Below the pieces are notes generated by a model. It did not search any database, was not told the DNA's origin, and saw nothing but the letters and a program-made list of their open reading frames with translations. The position numbers and the translations under genes are program-made. Shown here in pieces: positions 49,391-57,870 of a stretch of 64,000 nucleotides of DNA. Each line of letters begins with the position of its first letter. The stretch's first letter is position 1. Where the stretch lies: the sequence record SRR31156797_1896. The stretch is one strand, 5' to 3'.

Positions 49391-50188
49391 TTAGTTGTTT
49401 ATGACTGAATATCCAATTGTCTTAACAATTCTTTTATCTGGTGAAATACCAAAAATCCAGTCTAAAATGGGCTTATATGCTACTTTTTCGGTGTAAGGAA
49501 TCGCATCTTTTAATATTACTAAAATGATTCTATGGGGTTCTTGTATCAATTTAGTCTGCATTAAATATTCAATATTCTTATTTGGAAATGTATATTCAAT
49601 ATTTGCTTTAAGCTTAAAATCTTGTTCATAATCGTTCGGAAATAATACGTAGGATTCTTGTTGGCGTGCAATTATAAAAACTCTCAAATAGCAATCTTTA
49701 GTTGGTTTAATTTTAAAAGACAATGCTTCGTTATTGTTGTAAAATGATTTTATCCCATCTATCCAAGCATCAAATGTGCGATCTTCTTCTGTACCATACT
49801 TTAATACTTTTGCATTAATTGTAACTTCAGCTTTTAAAGTATATGTTTTAGGATCAAATGATGCTATTGTATCTGTTATTTCAATTGATGACACTACACC
49901 CCTCACATTTGTAAAAACATTTGATGTAAATACTTCTTCATATTCACTGGCGGTTTCGCTTTTAAATAAGTTTTGATAAATATTTATCTGTTCGTGTATG
50001 CCAGCTTTCATTAATGCATTAAGTTTTGCGTTTTTTAATGCATCATTAATTACCTGTGATGGGGATGAAAGAATACCACCAATCGCATTTCCTTTTATAT
50101 CTGAAAGTTTTATTGTTTTATTTTTTTGTGCGTATAAAAACGATATTGAGGCTATAAAGAATAATATTATCCAGTATACTTTTTTCAT
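49391..50188 (-). CDS. Secreted protein with FlgT-N/LPP20-like N-domain and DUF4384-like domain
   Basis: DALKNAKLNALMKAG…I…VRGVV followed by YNNNEALSFKIKPTKDCYLRVF…LFPND…YTFP. Confidence 0.7.
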   Translation of the reverse strand: MKKVYWIILFFIASISFLYAQKNKTIKLSDIKGNAIGGILSSPSQVINDALKNAKLNALMKAGIHEQINIYQNLFKSETASEYEEVFTSNVFTNVRGVVSSIEITDTIASFDPKTYTLKAEVTINAKVLKYGTEEDRTFDAWIDGIKSFYNNNEALSFKIKPTKDCYLRVFIIARQQESYVLFPNDYEQDFKLKANIEYTFPNKNIEYLMQTKLIQEPHRIILVILKDAIPYTEKVAYKPILDWIFGISPDKRIVKTIGYSVINN

Positions 50189-50238
50189 TGCAGCTAATTT
50201 GAAAATAAAGATATGAATATTATCGCAAAAAGGCTAGT

Positions 50239-51570
50239 TTAAAAAAGACATTTAAATCCAACGACTAAAATATCGTCAACTTGCTCATTATTGCCTCTCC
50301 ATAAGTCGAATTGTTCAGTAAATATTTTTTCCTGATCAATCATAGGTTTAAAGTGGTTTTCCTCAATCATACTTCTAAAACGCTTGTTGAGAAACTTTTT
50401 GTCCTTCTCGCCACCAAATTGATCTAAGTAACCATCAGTTGTTAAATAAAATGAATCCGATTTTTTATAGTTAATCATTGTAGTGTTAAACCTAAAAATA
50501 TTTTTTTTACCGTAATTACCACCACCAACAGTTAGTTTATCACCTTTTATAATATGTAAATGGCCATTTGAAACATGATAAAGATTATGGAAAGCACCAG
50601 AAAACAATAATATATTATGAGCTTCATTTATTAGGCAAAGACCTATATCCATTCCATCCTTTACTTCCAAAGCTGTTTTTTCATAATTCAGGATATTTGT
50701 TAGCTCAAAATGCAAGTCGCTTAATAATTCAGAAGGTTGCTTGAATTTAACATTGTTTTCATTTAAGATTTTGTTTAAAAGAGAATATGCCAAAACAGCA
50801 ATAAAGGCACCTGGGACACCATGTCCGGTACAATCTACGATGGCTAAAACAGTAGTGTCCTCATATTTTGCAAACCAATACATGTCCCCACTTACTATAT
50901 CTTTTGGGTTGAAGTGGATAAAACTATCTTTGAAAATTTTTTGAAACGATTTAGGTTCAGGAAAGATAGCTCTTTGTATTTTTCGTGCATAGTTTATACT
51001 GTCTATCAAATCTTTATTTCTAGAAATTAGTTTCTTATTGGTAAGTTGTAATTTTTCTTTTTCGGAAATTAGTTGATTAACTTTATTCTGGTATATGGTT
51101 CCAGTTGGACTTTCATTTATATTTACAATGTATAAAAGACATGTTTCTTGTTCATAAGGTGCAAGAACAACTTCAAATGCTAGTGAATTGTTTGATTTTA
51201 GCTGTACTTGAAAAGCGTATTCTTTTTGGTTATTAATTACTTGATTTACTTTTGTGAAAAACTCACAGTTAGTGTCTGTCGTGATAATATTAGTTAATGA
51301 CTCTCCAGACTTAAAATAGTCAAAATGAGGGATTGTTTTTTCGTATTTTAGGTTTTCCAGTATTTCACCTTTTTTATTAATCCTTATAATAAAATCAGAA
51401 ATGAATTTAATAAAACTATTAAACTTTTGGTCGAATACATGATGCTCAAATCTGTTGTGTTTATCTGGATGTGGGAGATCTGCCTTTAATAGTTTTATTT
51501 TCTCTTTTTTTGAGAAGAATGAATCTTCAGAATTTAATATGTCATTAATTATATTATTTTCCACGGTCAT
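50239..51570 (-). CDS. SpoIIE/RsbU-type PP2C phosphatase with PAS-like and coiled-coil N-region
   Basis: Motifs DSINYARKIQRA, PKDIVSGDMYW, DCTGHGVPGAF, DGMDIG, TDGYLDQFGG and QVDDILVVG. Confidence 0.92.
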   Translation of the reverse strand: MTVENNIINDILNSEDSFFSKKEKIKLLKADLPHPDKHNRFEHHVFDQKFNSFIKFISDFIIRINKKGEILENLKYEKTIPHFDYFKSGESLTNIITTDTNCEFFTKVNQVINNQKEYAFQVQLKSNNSLAFEVVLAPYEQETCLLYIVNINESPTGTIYQNKVNQLISEKEKLQLTNKKLISRNKDLIDSINYARKIQRAIFPEPKSFQKIFKDSFIHFNPKDIVSGDMYWFAKYEDTTVLAIVDCTGHGVPGAFIAVLAYSLLNKILNENNVKFKQPSELLSDLHFELTNILNYEKTALEVKDGMDIGLCLINEAHNILLFSGAFHNLYHVSNGHLHIIKGDKLTVGGGNYGKKNIFRFNTTMINYKKSDSFYLTTDGYLDQFGGEKDKKFLNKRFRSMIEENHFKPMIDQEKIFTEQFDLWRGNNEQVDDILVVGFKCLF

Positions 51571-51679
51571 TTTGTTTCAATACATATCGAATGAGGTTTT
51601 AAATATAAAATTTCTTTTGAAGATTCTTACACAATGAATTCTATTTTGAAGGCAAAAAAAAAGATGCTGAAAGCATCTT

Positions 51680-51946
51680 CTATTTATTATGTTTTTTGGA
51701 TAGGCTATAGACAAACAGTCCTCCGGCCAGTAGGATAAAACCTCCTGATATCGGAATCGGATTACCTCCGGTTCCACCACCACCTGGATCTGGAGGCCCA
51801 GCTCTTTCAGGACCATTGTTTTTTCCAAATTGATTTTTTTCAAAAGTCTTTTTCTGTTTTTGGTCAAATTTTGAATCTCTTTGGCCAAAAGAAGAAAGAC
51901 TCATTAAAAGTAATATGGAAATAATTAAATATGTGATTTTCCTCAT
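51680..51946 (-). CDS. Small secreted protein ending in a PID-CTERM-like sorting signal
   Basis: Signal peptide, a Pro/Gly linker (GPPDPGGGGTGGN), PIPISGG, a TM helix and a basic tail KKHNK. Confidence 0.8.
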   Translation of the reverse strand: MRKITYLIISILLLMSLSSFGQRDSKFDQKQKKTFEKNQFGKNNGPERAGPPDPGGGGTGGNPIPISGGFILLAGGLFVYSLSKKHNK

Positions 51947-51959
51947 ATCTTCCTAACTT

Positions 51960-54500
51960 CTACTTTACTAACGTTTTACGATATAAAAATGTTTTATCAT
52001 CCATTATATTCACGACAAATATATTTGTTTTTTCGGGAATCGTAAAAACATGTTTCGTTTTTGTTGTTAATGATTTATTAATAATTGGTTTTCCTAACAC
52101 ATCATAAATCAATATTTTAGCATTTTCAAGGGATTCTTCTGAATTAACAATAAGTGTGTTATTATGTGTATAACAATAAATTTGCTTATTATTTAGCTCT
52201 GATAAACTGTTTGGAGCTTTTGATATGTACAAATCAAAACGATCATTGAATTCACCAATAGCAGTAACAAATTCGTAAGAGGAGTTTGTAATATCAATAA
52301 ATTCATTTAAATCCTTATCGTAAAGTCCTATCTGAATATCATCGTCAAGACCTTCTATTTCATCAATTGTTAACAAAAGCGTTGTTTCTATTTGGGAGGT
52401 GTATCCTAGTTTAAGCACAATTGCATCATCAAAGGATAATAACTGTGAGTTGATTGTGTTAATGGACAATGACTTCTCATCCTCGGAAATTGTGTAAACC
52501 TGCGGTAAATCTTCACTCCATCCAAAAAGTTTATATCCATCGAAATACGAATCAAAAGATTCTGTTGCTTCAGGGTGGAAAATAATTTTACTAATATCTT
52601 CTTTTATGCTATTATCAACTCTTAGTTTAATTATTGGGAATTCAGCATCTTTTTTGTAATATGCTGTGCTTGAAATTCCTCTAACTGCATTAGTCATTTG
52701 CAGAGAAGTTGATGAAACTGTACTATATACATAAAAACCTTGAGTAGGAGGTATCCAAAATGGTCCTGTTTCAGTTGAATGATTAAAAGTTACATAATTA
52801 CTTGCAGAAGCATCATATACATAAACAGTTCCATTTATTCCACTCCGCGTCCAACCACTTGAGGCATCCCAGTCAATTGATGATGGGTAGGGGTTACCAA
52901 CCAGGTTCCAACCGTAAGTTTCTGTTCCATCGGCAGGATCTGCATTTGTCACAGTTGTAGATTGTGTTTCATTATTGAATGCTCCCGTAAATGTGACGGT
53001 TTGTCCGGCAGAGCCATACCTAACGGAGTAACCTTCCATAACACTTAAAGAAGAGCTGCCTGTTAAGTTATTCCAATCAGCAGTTGCTTCATTATAGCTA
53101 TTCACATAAATGCCAGCTAATTGCGAAATACTACTATTGCTATTAGGAGTAGATAATAAATGCCATCCATCTGTATCTATAAATCTTTCATAACTAGAAG
53201 TGCCTGAAACAGATACTGAGCCAGTGCCGTTACAAACTATTCCACTACTTCCACTTGCCCCTTTTATAGTAAAGTCCCCAGAAAGGCTTAGTGTAACTCC
53301 ATTATTCACAGTAATGTTACCACCATCTTGTATAGCTATCGATCCTACAGAAGTGCTGGATGAAATAATTGGGTCATTCGTTACATCAGGTATAATAACT
53401 TCTGAAGATGTGCCCGGAGGATTATCGTTTTTCCAGTTTCCTGTTGTTGACCATGATGTGCCTTCACTTCCATCCCATACTACCTTTCCGATGTAAGTCC
53501 CGGGGTTGTTTGAGCTTGTATTTGTATTATAATAAGGTATGGTTTCATTATTGTATTCGTAAACTCTAAGATAATAAGTAGTGGTTTCATCAGTATTGGT
53601 GACGGTTACAGAAGTACCCGTTCCGTTGTAAACACATTGTTGACCTGATGATTGCCATACGGAATTTGCTGTAACTGTTGATTCGTCTGTTGGATTGGTA
53701 AATGAGTTTGACGTATTCATGTATATTATTCTTCTGTCTCCATCTCCTGCAGTACATGAGACGTCAATGCTTGTTGAAGAAGCCCATTCAGCAACAACAC
53801 TGGATGCTTGGGTTCTTGGAACACCCCCAACTCGGAATGTGATTGTAGAAGGGTTATCTTGATTTAGATTACAATCAGCACTTTCAAGGTTTGATGCAAA
53901 ATAATAAACTAAAGAGATAGTATAGGTTGTATTAGGTGTTAAATTGGTAATAGTTATAGGTGATCTATCGGAATAAAGATCAAAACTGAATGAAGGTAAA
54001 ACTTCATCTACAAGTTCATTGCTGGCAGGGTTTGTTCCTGTTACAATTTGCCCTGCAACATAAGTATTACGTGGTGGTCTAGTAAAGGTTAAACTTACAG
54101 ATGTACTATCAGTAATTGAAATAGCTAAGCTTGAAGGTTGAGTAGTTGGTTGTGCATAATTTTGTGTTGAAAAACTTCTTTGAGAAGTGTAAGAAATCTG
54201 CCCACCAATTCTTGAATATGCCTTCCAATAATAAGTTGTATTTACTGATAACCCTATTACGCTATCCTGATAAACCCCCGTGCTGGTAATATCTCTTTGC
54301 AAAATATTATCTGAGATGGATGGGTTACCGGTTGTATTCCAGCAAATTCCTGAGGCTGTTGCTGATCCATCTGTTATTTCATATTCAAATACTGTAAAAA
54401 CACCTTCAATTCGATGTTCAGTTTGATTGGTTGGAGCAGCTGGCTGTGCATATACTCCTATGAATGACACTACAAATGTGAAAAGCAGAATATATTTCAT
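51960..54500 (-). CDS. Large Ser/Thr-rich secreted protein with FN3-like domains and a T9SS C-terminal domain
   Basis: FN3-like LSVNTTYYWKAY, LTPNTTY and TTYYLRVYEYN; WDGSEGTSWSTTGNW; GWNLVGNPYPSSIDW; FDGYKL; C-terminal ILIYDVLGK…RKTLVK. -7 box at 54541-54548 on the - strand. Confidence 0.85.
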   Translation of the reverse strand: MKYILLFTFVVSFIGVYAQPAAPTNQTEHRIEGVFTVFEYEITDGSATASGICWNTTGNPSISDNILQRDITSTGVYQDSVIGLSVNTTYYWKAYSRIGGQISYTSQRSFSTQNYAQPTTQPSSLAISITDSTSVSLTFTRPPRNTYVAGQIVTGTNPASNELVDEVLPSFSFDLYSDRSPITITNLTPNTTYTISLVYYFASNLESADCNLNQDNPSTITFRVGGVPRTQASSVVAEWASSTSIDVSCTAGDGDRRIIYMNTSNSFTNPTDESTVTANSVWQSSGQQCVYNGTGTSVTVTNTDETTTYYLRVYEYNNETIPYYNTNTSSNNPGTYIGKVVWDGSEGTSWSTTGNWKNDNPPGTSSEVIIPDVTNDPIISSSTSVGSIAIQDGGNITVNNGVTLSLSGDFTIKGASGSSGIVCNGTGSVSVSGTSSYERFIDTDGWHLLSTPNSNSSISQLAGIYVNSYNEATADWNNLTGSSSLSVMEGYSVRYGSAGQTVTFTGAFNNETQSTTVTNADPADGTETYGWNLVGNPYPSSIDWDASSGWTRSGINGTVYVYDASASNYVTFNHSTETGPFWIPPTQGFYVYSTVSSTSLQMTNAVRGISSTAYYKKDAEFPIIKLRVDNSIKEDISKIIFHPEATESFDSYFDGYKLFGWSEDLPQVYTISEDEKSLSINTINSQLLSFDDAIVLKLGYTSQIETTLLLTIDEIEGLDDDIQIGLYDKDLNEFIDITNSSYEFVTAIGEFNDRFDLYISKAPNSLSELNNKQIYCYTHNNTLIVNSEESLENAKILIYDVLGKPIINKSLTTKTKHVFTIPEKTNIFVVNIMDDKTFLYRKTLVK

Positions 54501-54667
54501 GTTTGTATTATTTACTAAATTTTGACACTACTTCATCTTACAAATATACGGTTTTATAATCTAAATGTTTAAAATAATTGATTAATTGCATGTATACTTA
54601 GATAATTGGTTTTGTTCATATTTATTTTCTTCTCATATTTGCCAATATTTAACTTTACTGAACACTT

Positions 54668-55417
54668 ATGCGCGTTATACTTATAGTAATTACGATATTT
54701 TTAATTGCGGGTTGTACACAATATAAAAAAATAGTTTACCTACAAAATGAAGACCAGATTGATTCTGTTAAGGTTGCTGCCATTGAAAAATATACATTGA
54801 AACCCGGTGATTTATTGCATGTTAAGGTTTTTTCGCCTGATCCATCAATAAATTCGCTTTTTAATCTTGAATCTGATCAGAATAGGTCAAATTATAATGA
54901 TGTTTCTATTTACTTAAGTGGCTTTCAGTTAGATGAAGATAGTAATATTGAATTGCCGGTTATTGGAAAAATACCTCTAAAAGAAAAGAGCATGTCTGAA
55001 GCTCGTCAGATTATTTCAGATAGTGTTGATTCTTATATAAGTGAAGCGACTGTTGTAACAAAGCTTTTAAGTTATCGGGTTACAGTGTTAGGTGAAGTGA
55101 ATAGAACTGGTATAGTAAATGTATATCGCTATCAATCTACAATTTTTGATGTATTGAGTGCAAGTGGCGATATTAATTCCTTGGGAGACAGGAGAAGAGT
55201 AGAAGTTTTGAGAGAAGTTGGCCCAATAAAAAGGAAATTCTTAATTGATTTAACACAATTTGAAGCTATTGGTAACCCTGTTTATAATATTTATCCTGGT
55301 GATATAGTGTATGTTAAGCCATTGCGGGCAAAAATATTTAGAGAGAATATCCCCATAATAACATTATCACTTACAACAGTAACTACATTTTTATTGATAT
55401 TAAATTATTTTAAATAG
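54668..55417 (+). CDS. wza: Polysaccharide export lipoprotein (Wza/OPX family)
   Basis: Lipobox IAGC; YTLKPGDLLHVKV, IELPVIG, VTVLGEV and PGDIVYVKP. Confidence 0.9.
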   Translation: MRVILIVITIFLIAGCTQYKKIVYLQNEDQIDSVKVAAIEKYTLKPGDLLHVKVFSPDPSINSLFNLESDQNRSNYNDVSIYLSGFQLDEDSNIELPVIGKIPLKEKSMSEARQIISDSVDSYISEATVVTKLLSYRVTVLGEVNRTGIVNVYRYQSTIFDVLSASGDINSLGDRRRVEVLREVGPIKRKFLIDLTQFEAIGNPVYNIYPGDIVYVKPLRAKIFRENIPIITLSLTTVTTFLLILNYFK

Positions 55418-57850
55418 ATGCAAGATAATCAACAAAATAATATTCCGATAAAAGAGGAATCTATTGATATTAAGAAGTATTTGTGGCTAATAATTCGAAA
55501 TTGGTTTTGGTTTGGTACCGCCATTATGATTGGTTTAGGTTCTGCTTATATGGTCAATAGATATTCTGACCCAATTTATAGGGTTGGAATGACCATCATT
55601 ATTGAGGATGATGAAGGTGGCGGATATTATGGAAACGACAATAATTTAATAGAAGGTTTTAATCTGTTTTCTCAAGGAAAGGAAATTGAAAATGAAATAG
55701 CAGTGCTTAAATCTTATGACCTCACAAAAAAAGCAATCGAAGAATTAGATTTCGATATTAGTTATTTTGGAGTGGGACGCTTGAGAGAAAGGCCTAAATA
55801 TTATCTTAATGAGCTTTATGTGGATATAGATACTTCTCATGCTCAAACTCTATACACGAATGTATTTGTTACTCCGGAGAACACACAGCAATATCATCTT
55901 GAAATTGAAGAATTCAATGTTGACACATATTTAAATTATGGTGAGTTTTATGAAAGTGACAATTTTAGATTTAGAATTTTAATAAGAGATACGTCAGCAC
56001 TTGAGTCTCCGAGCCATGAAAAGTATTTTTTCTATTTGAATTCAATTCAAGGTTTGACCGCGCGATATAGGAATAAATTGTCAGTTGAGAGAATGACTGA
56101 AGAAGGAAGTGTTTTAGTGTTGTCTTCTCAAGGTCCTGTTCCGCAAAGAGAGATTGACTTTTTGAATAAACTTGCTGAAGTATATATTAGTTCAGGATTA
56201 GAAGAAAAGAATAAAATTGCAGAGAATACAATAGAATTTATTGATGATCAGCTTTCAGGTATTGTTGATTCACTTAACAGGGCAGAGGAGGAGTTACAGA
56301 ATTTCAGATTGAATAATGAGATTATCGATATTGATCAGGAAGGAAGAGCACTTTTTACAAGAATTGAGGATTTACAGTCGCTTAAAGCTCAGGAGATTGT
56401 TAGACAAAAATATTTTGATTATCTACGAAAATATATTGTAAGACCAGAAATAGAATCAGAGTTGCTTGCTCCATCCTTAGCTGGAGTTAATGATCAGATT
56501 TTAGCAAGTTTGATTAATCAAATTAATAGTCTATATCAAGAAAAGCAAACTCTAAAATTTGCTACTAAAAAAGGCAATCCGAAATTAACTTTAATTGAAA
56601 GTCAAATAAGCTCTTTAAAGCAGGCATTAATAGATAATGTAAACAATCTCATGAAAAAGAATGAGATGGTGCTTGAGGATCTAAATACTAGAATTAGCAA
56701 GTTGAATGTTGAAATTAAAAAGCTGCCTATCAATGAAAGGCAGCTCATTAATATTCAGAGGCGCTTTAATCTAAATGATAACATTTATACTTACTTGCTT
56801 GAGAAAAGAGCTGAAGCCGGTATTAAGAAAGCATCAAATATAAGTGATGCACGTATTTTAGATATTGCAAGGCCTTCTAGTGTGTACCTGGTTAGTCCAA
56901 AGTATAGGATGAACTATATTTTAGGATTAGTAATCGGTTTTCTTGTGCCATTGATTATTATCTTGCTTAAAGATTTCTTTAATAATAAGATTGTTGATAA
57001 AAGGGATATTGAAGATAATACTGATGTACCTGTTCTTGGTGTTGTAGGTCATAATTCAAATCCTACTGAGTTTGTAGTGAAAGATAGGCCTAAATCTTCG
57101 TTGGCAGAATCATTCAGATCTGTTAAAACGAATCTTCAGTTTTTACTATTAAAAGAAGATAGTAAGCTAATTAATATTACATCTGCAATGAGTGGTGAAG
57201 GAAAAACCTTTTCTTCTATAAACCTTGCTGCAATTATGGCTATGACCAACAAAAAGACATTGCTTGTGGGTTTAGATTTAAGAAAGCCAAAATTGCATTA
57301 TGAATTCAATTTGGATAATAATATTGGTTTATCAACTTATTTGATTGGTAAACACGAAATAGATGATATTATTTTTGAAACTGATACTGAAAATCTGTCC
57401 TTAATTCCTTCTGGTCCTACGCCAGTTGATCCTGCAAAATTGATTGAGACAGACCTGTTTCGTAATTTTATTGTTGAGATTCGTAAACGCTATGATTTCA
57501 TAGTTTTTGATACACCACCTGCTGCGCTTGTGAGTGATGCAATTGAATTAGCAAAGTTTGCTGATGCTAACATTTTTGTAGTGCGTCAAAACTATTCAAC
57601 TAAAAGTGCATTGGAATTAATTAACGAGCTTCATCGAAATAACAGGTTGCAGAACTTAAGTGTTTTGGTGAATGATGTGAGAGTGAAAGGCTATTATGGT
57701 AGTAGTTATGGGTATGGATATGGGTATGGATATGGGTACGGTTATGGTTACGGATATGGTTATGGCTATGGTGAAAACTATCATGATGACGAAAAAGAAA
57801 AATTTGGCATAAAGGATCGGATTTTAATGCTACTTAATCTAAAAAAATAG
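55418..57850 (+). CDS. wzc: Polysaccharide co-polymerase / BY-kinase (Wzc family)
   Basis: Two TM segments and a coiled coil; AESFRSVKTNL, Walker A SAMSGEGKT, DLRKP and FDTPP; C-terminal (YG)11 cluster. Confidence 0.93.
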   Translation: MQDNQQNNIPIKEESIDIKKYLWLIIRNWFWFGTAIMIGLGSAYMVNRYSDPIYRVGMTIIIEDDEGGGYYGNDNNLIEGFNLFSQGKEIENEIAVLKSYDLTKKAIEELDFDISYFGVGRLRERPKYYLNELYVDIDTSHAQTLYTNVFVTPENTQQYHLEIEEFNVDTYLNYGEFYESDNFRFRILIRDTSALESPSHEKYFFYLNSIQGLTARYRNKLSVERMTEEGSVLVLSSQGPVPQREIDFLNKLAEVYISSGLEEKNKIAENTIEFIDDQLSGIVDSLNRAEEELQNFRLNNEIIDIDQEGRALFTRIEDLQSLKAQEIVRQKYFDYLRKYIVRPEIESELLAPSLAGVNDQILASLINQINSLYQEKQTLKFATKKGNPKLTLIESQISSLKQALIDNVNNLMKKNEMVLEDLNTRISKLNVEIKKLPINERQLINIQRRFNLNDNIYTYLLEKRAEAGIKKASNISDARILDIARPSSVYLVSPKYRMNYILGLVIGFLVPLIIILLKDFFNNKIVDKRDIEDNTDVPVLGVVGHNSNPTEFVVKDRPKSSLAESFRSVKTNLQFLLLKEDSKLINITSAMSGEGKTFSSINLAAIMAMTNKKTLLVGLDLRKPKLHYEFNLDNNIGLSTYLIGKHEIDDIIFETDTENLSLIPSGPTPVDPAKLIETDLFRNFIVEIRKRYDFIVFDTPPAALVSDAIELAKFADANIFVVRQNYSTKSALELINELHRNNRLQNLSVLVNDVRVKGYYGSSYGYGYGYGYGYGYGYGYGYGYGENYHDDEKEKFGIKDRILMLLNLKK

Positions 57851-57870
57851 TATTGACCTATAATTAAACT

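Noticed and set aside
51577-51888. 103-aa ORF overlapping the PID-CTERM-like gene in another frame
   Set aside because: It has a TTG start and no recognisable features, whereas the 88-aa frame has a coherent signal-linker-TM-basic architecture.
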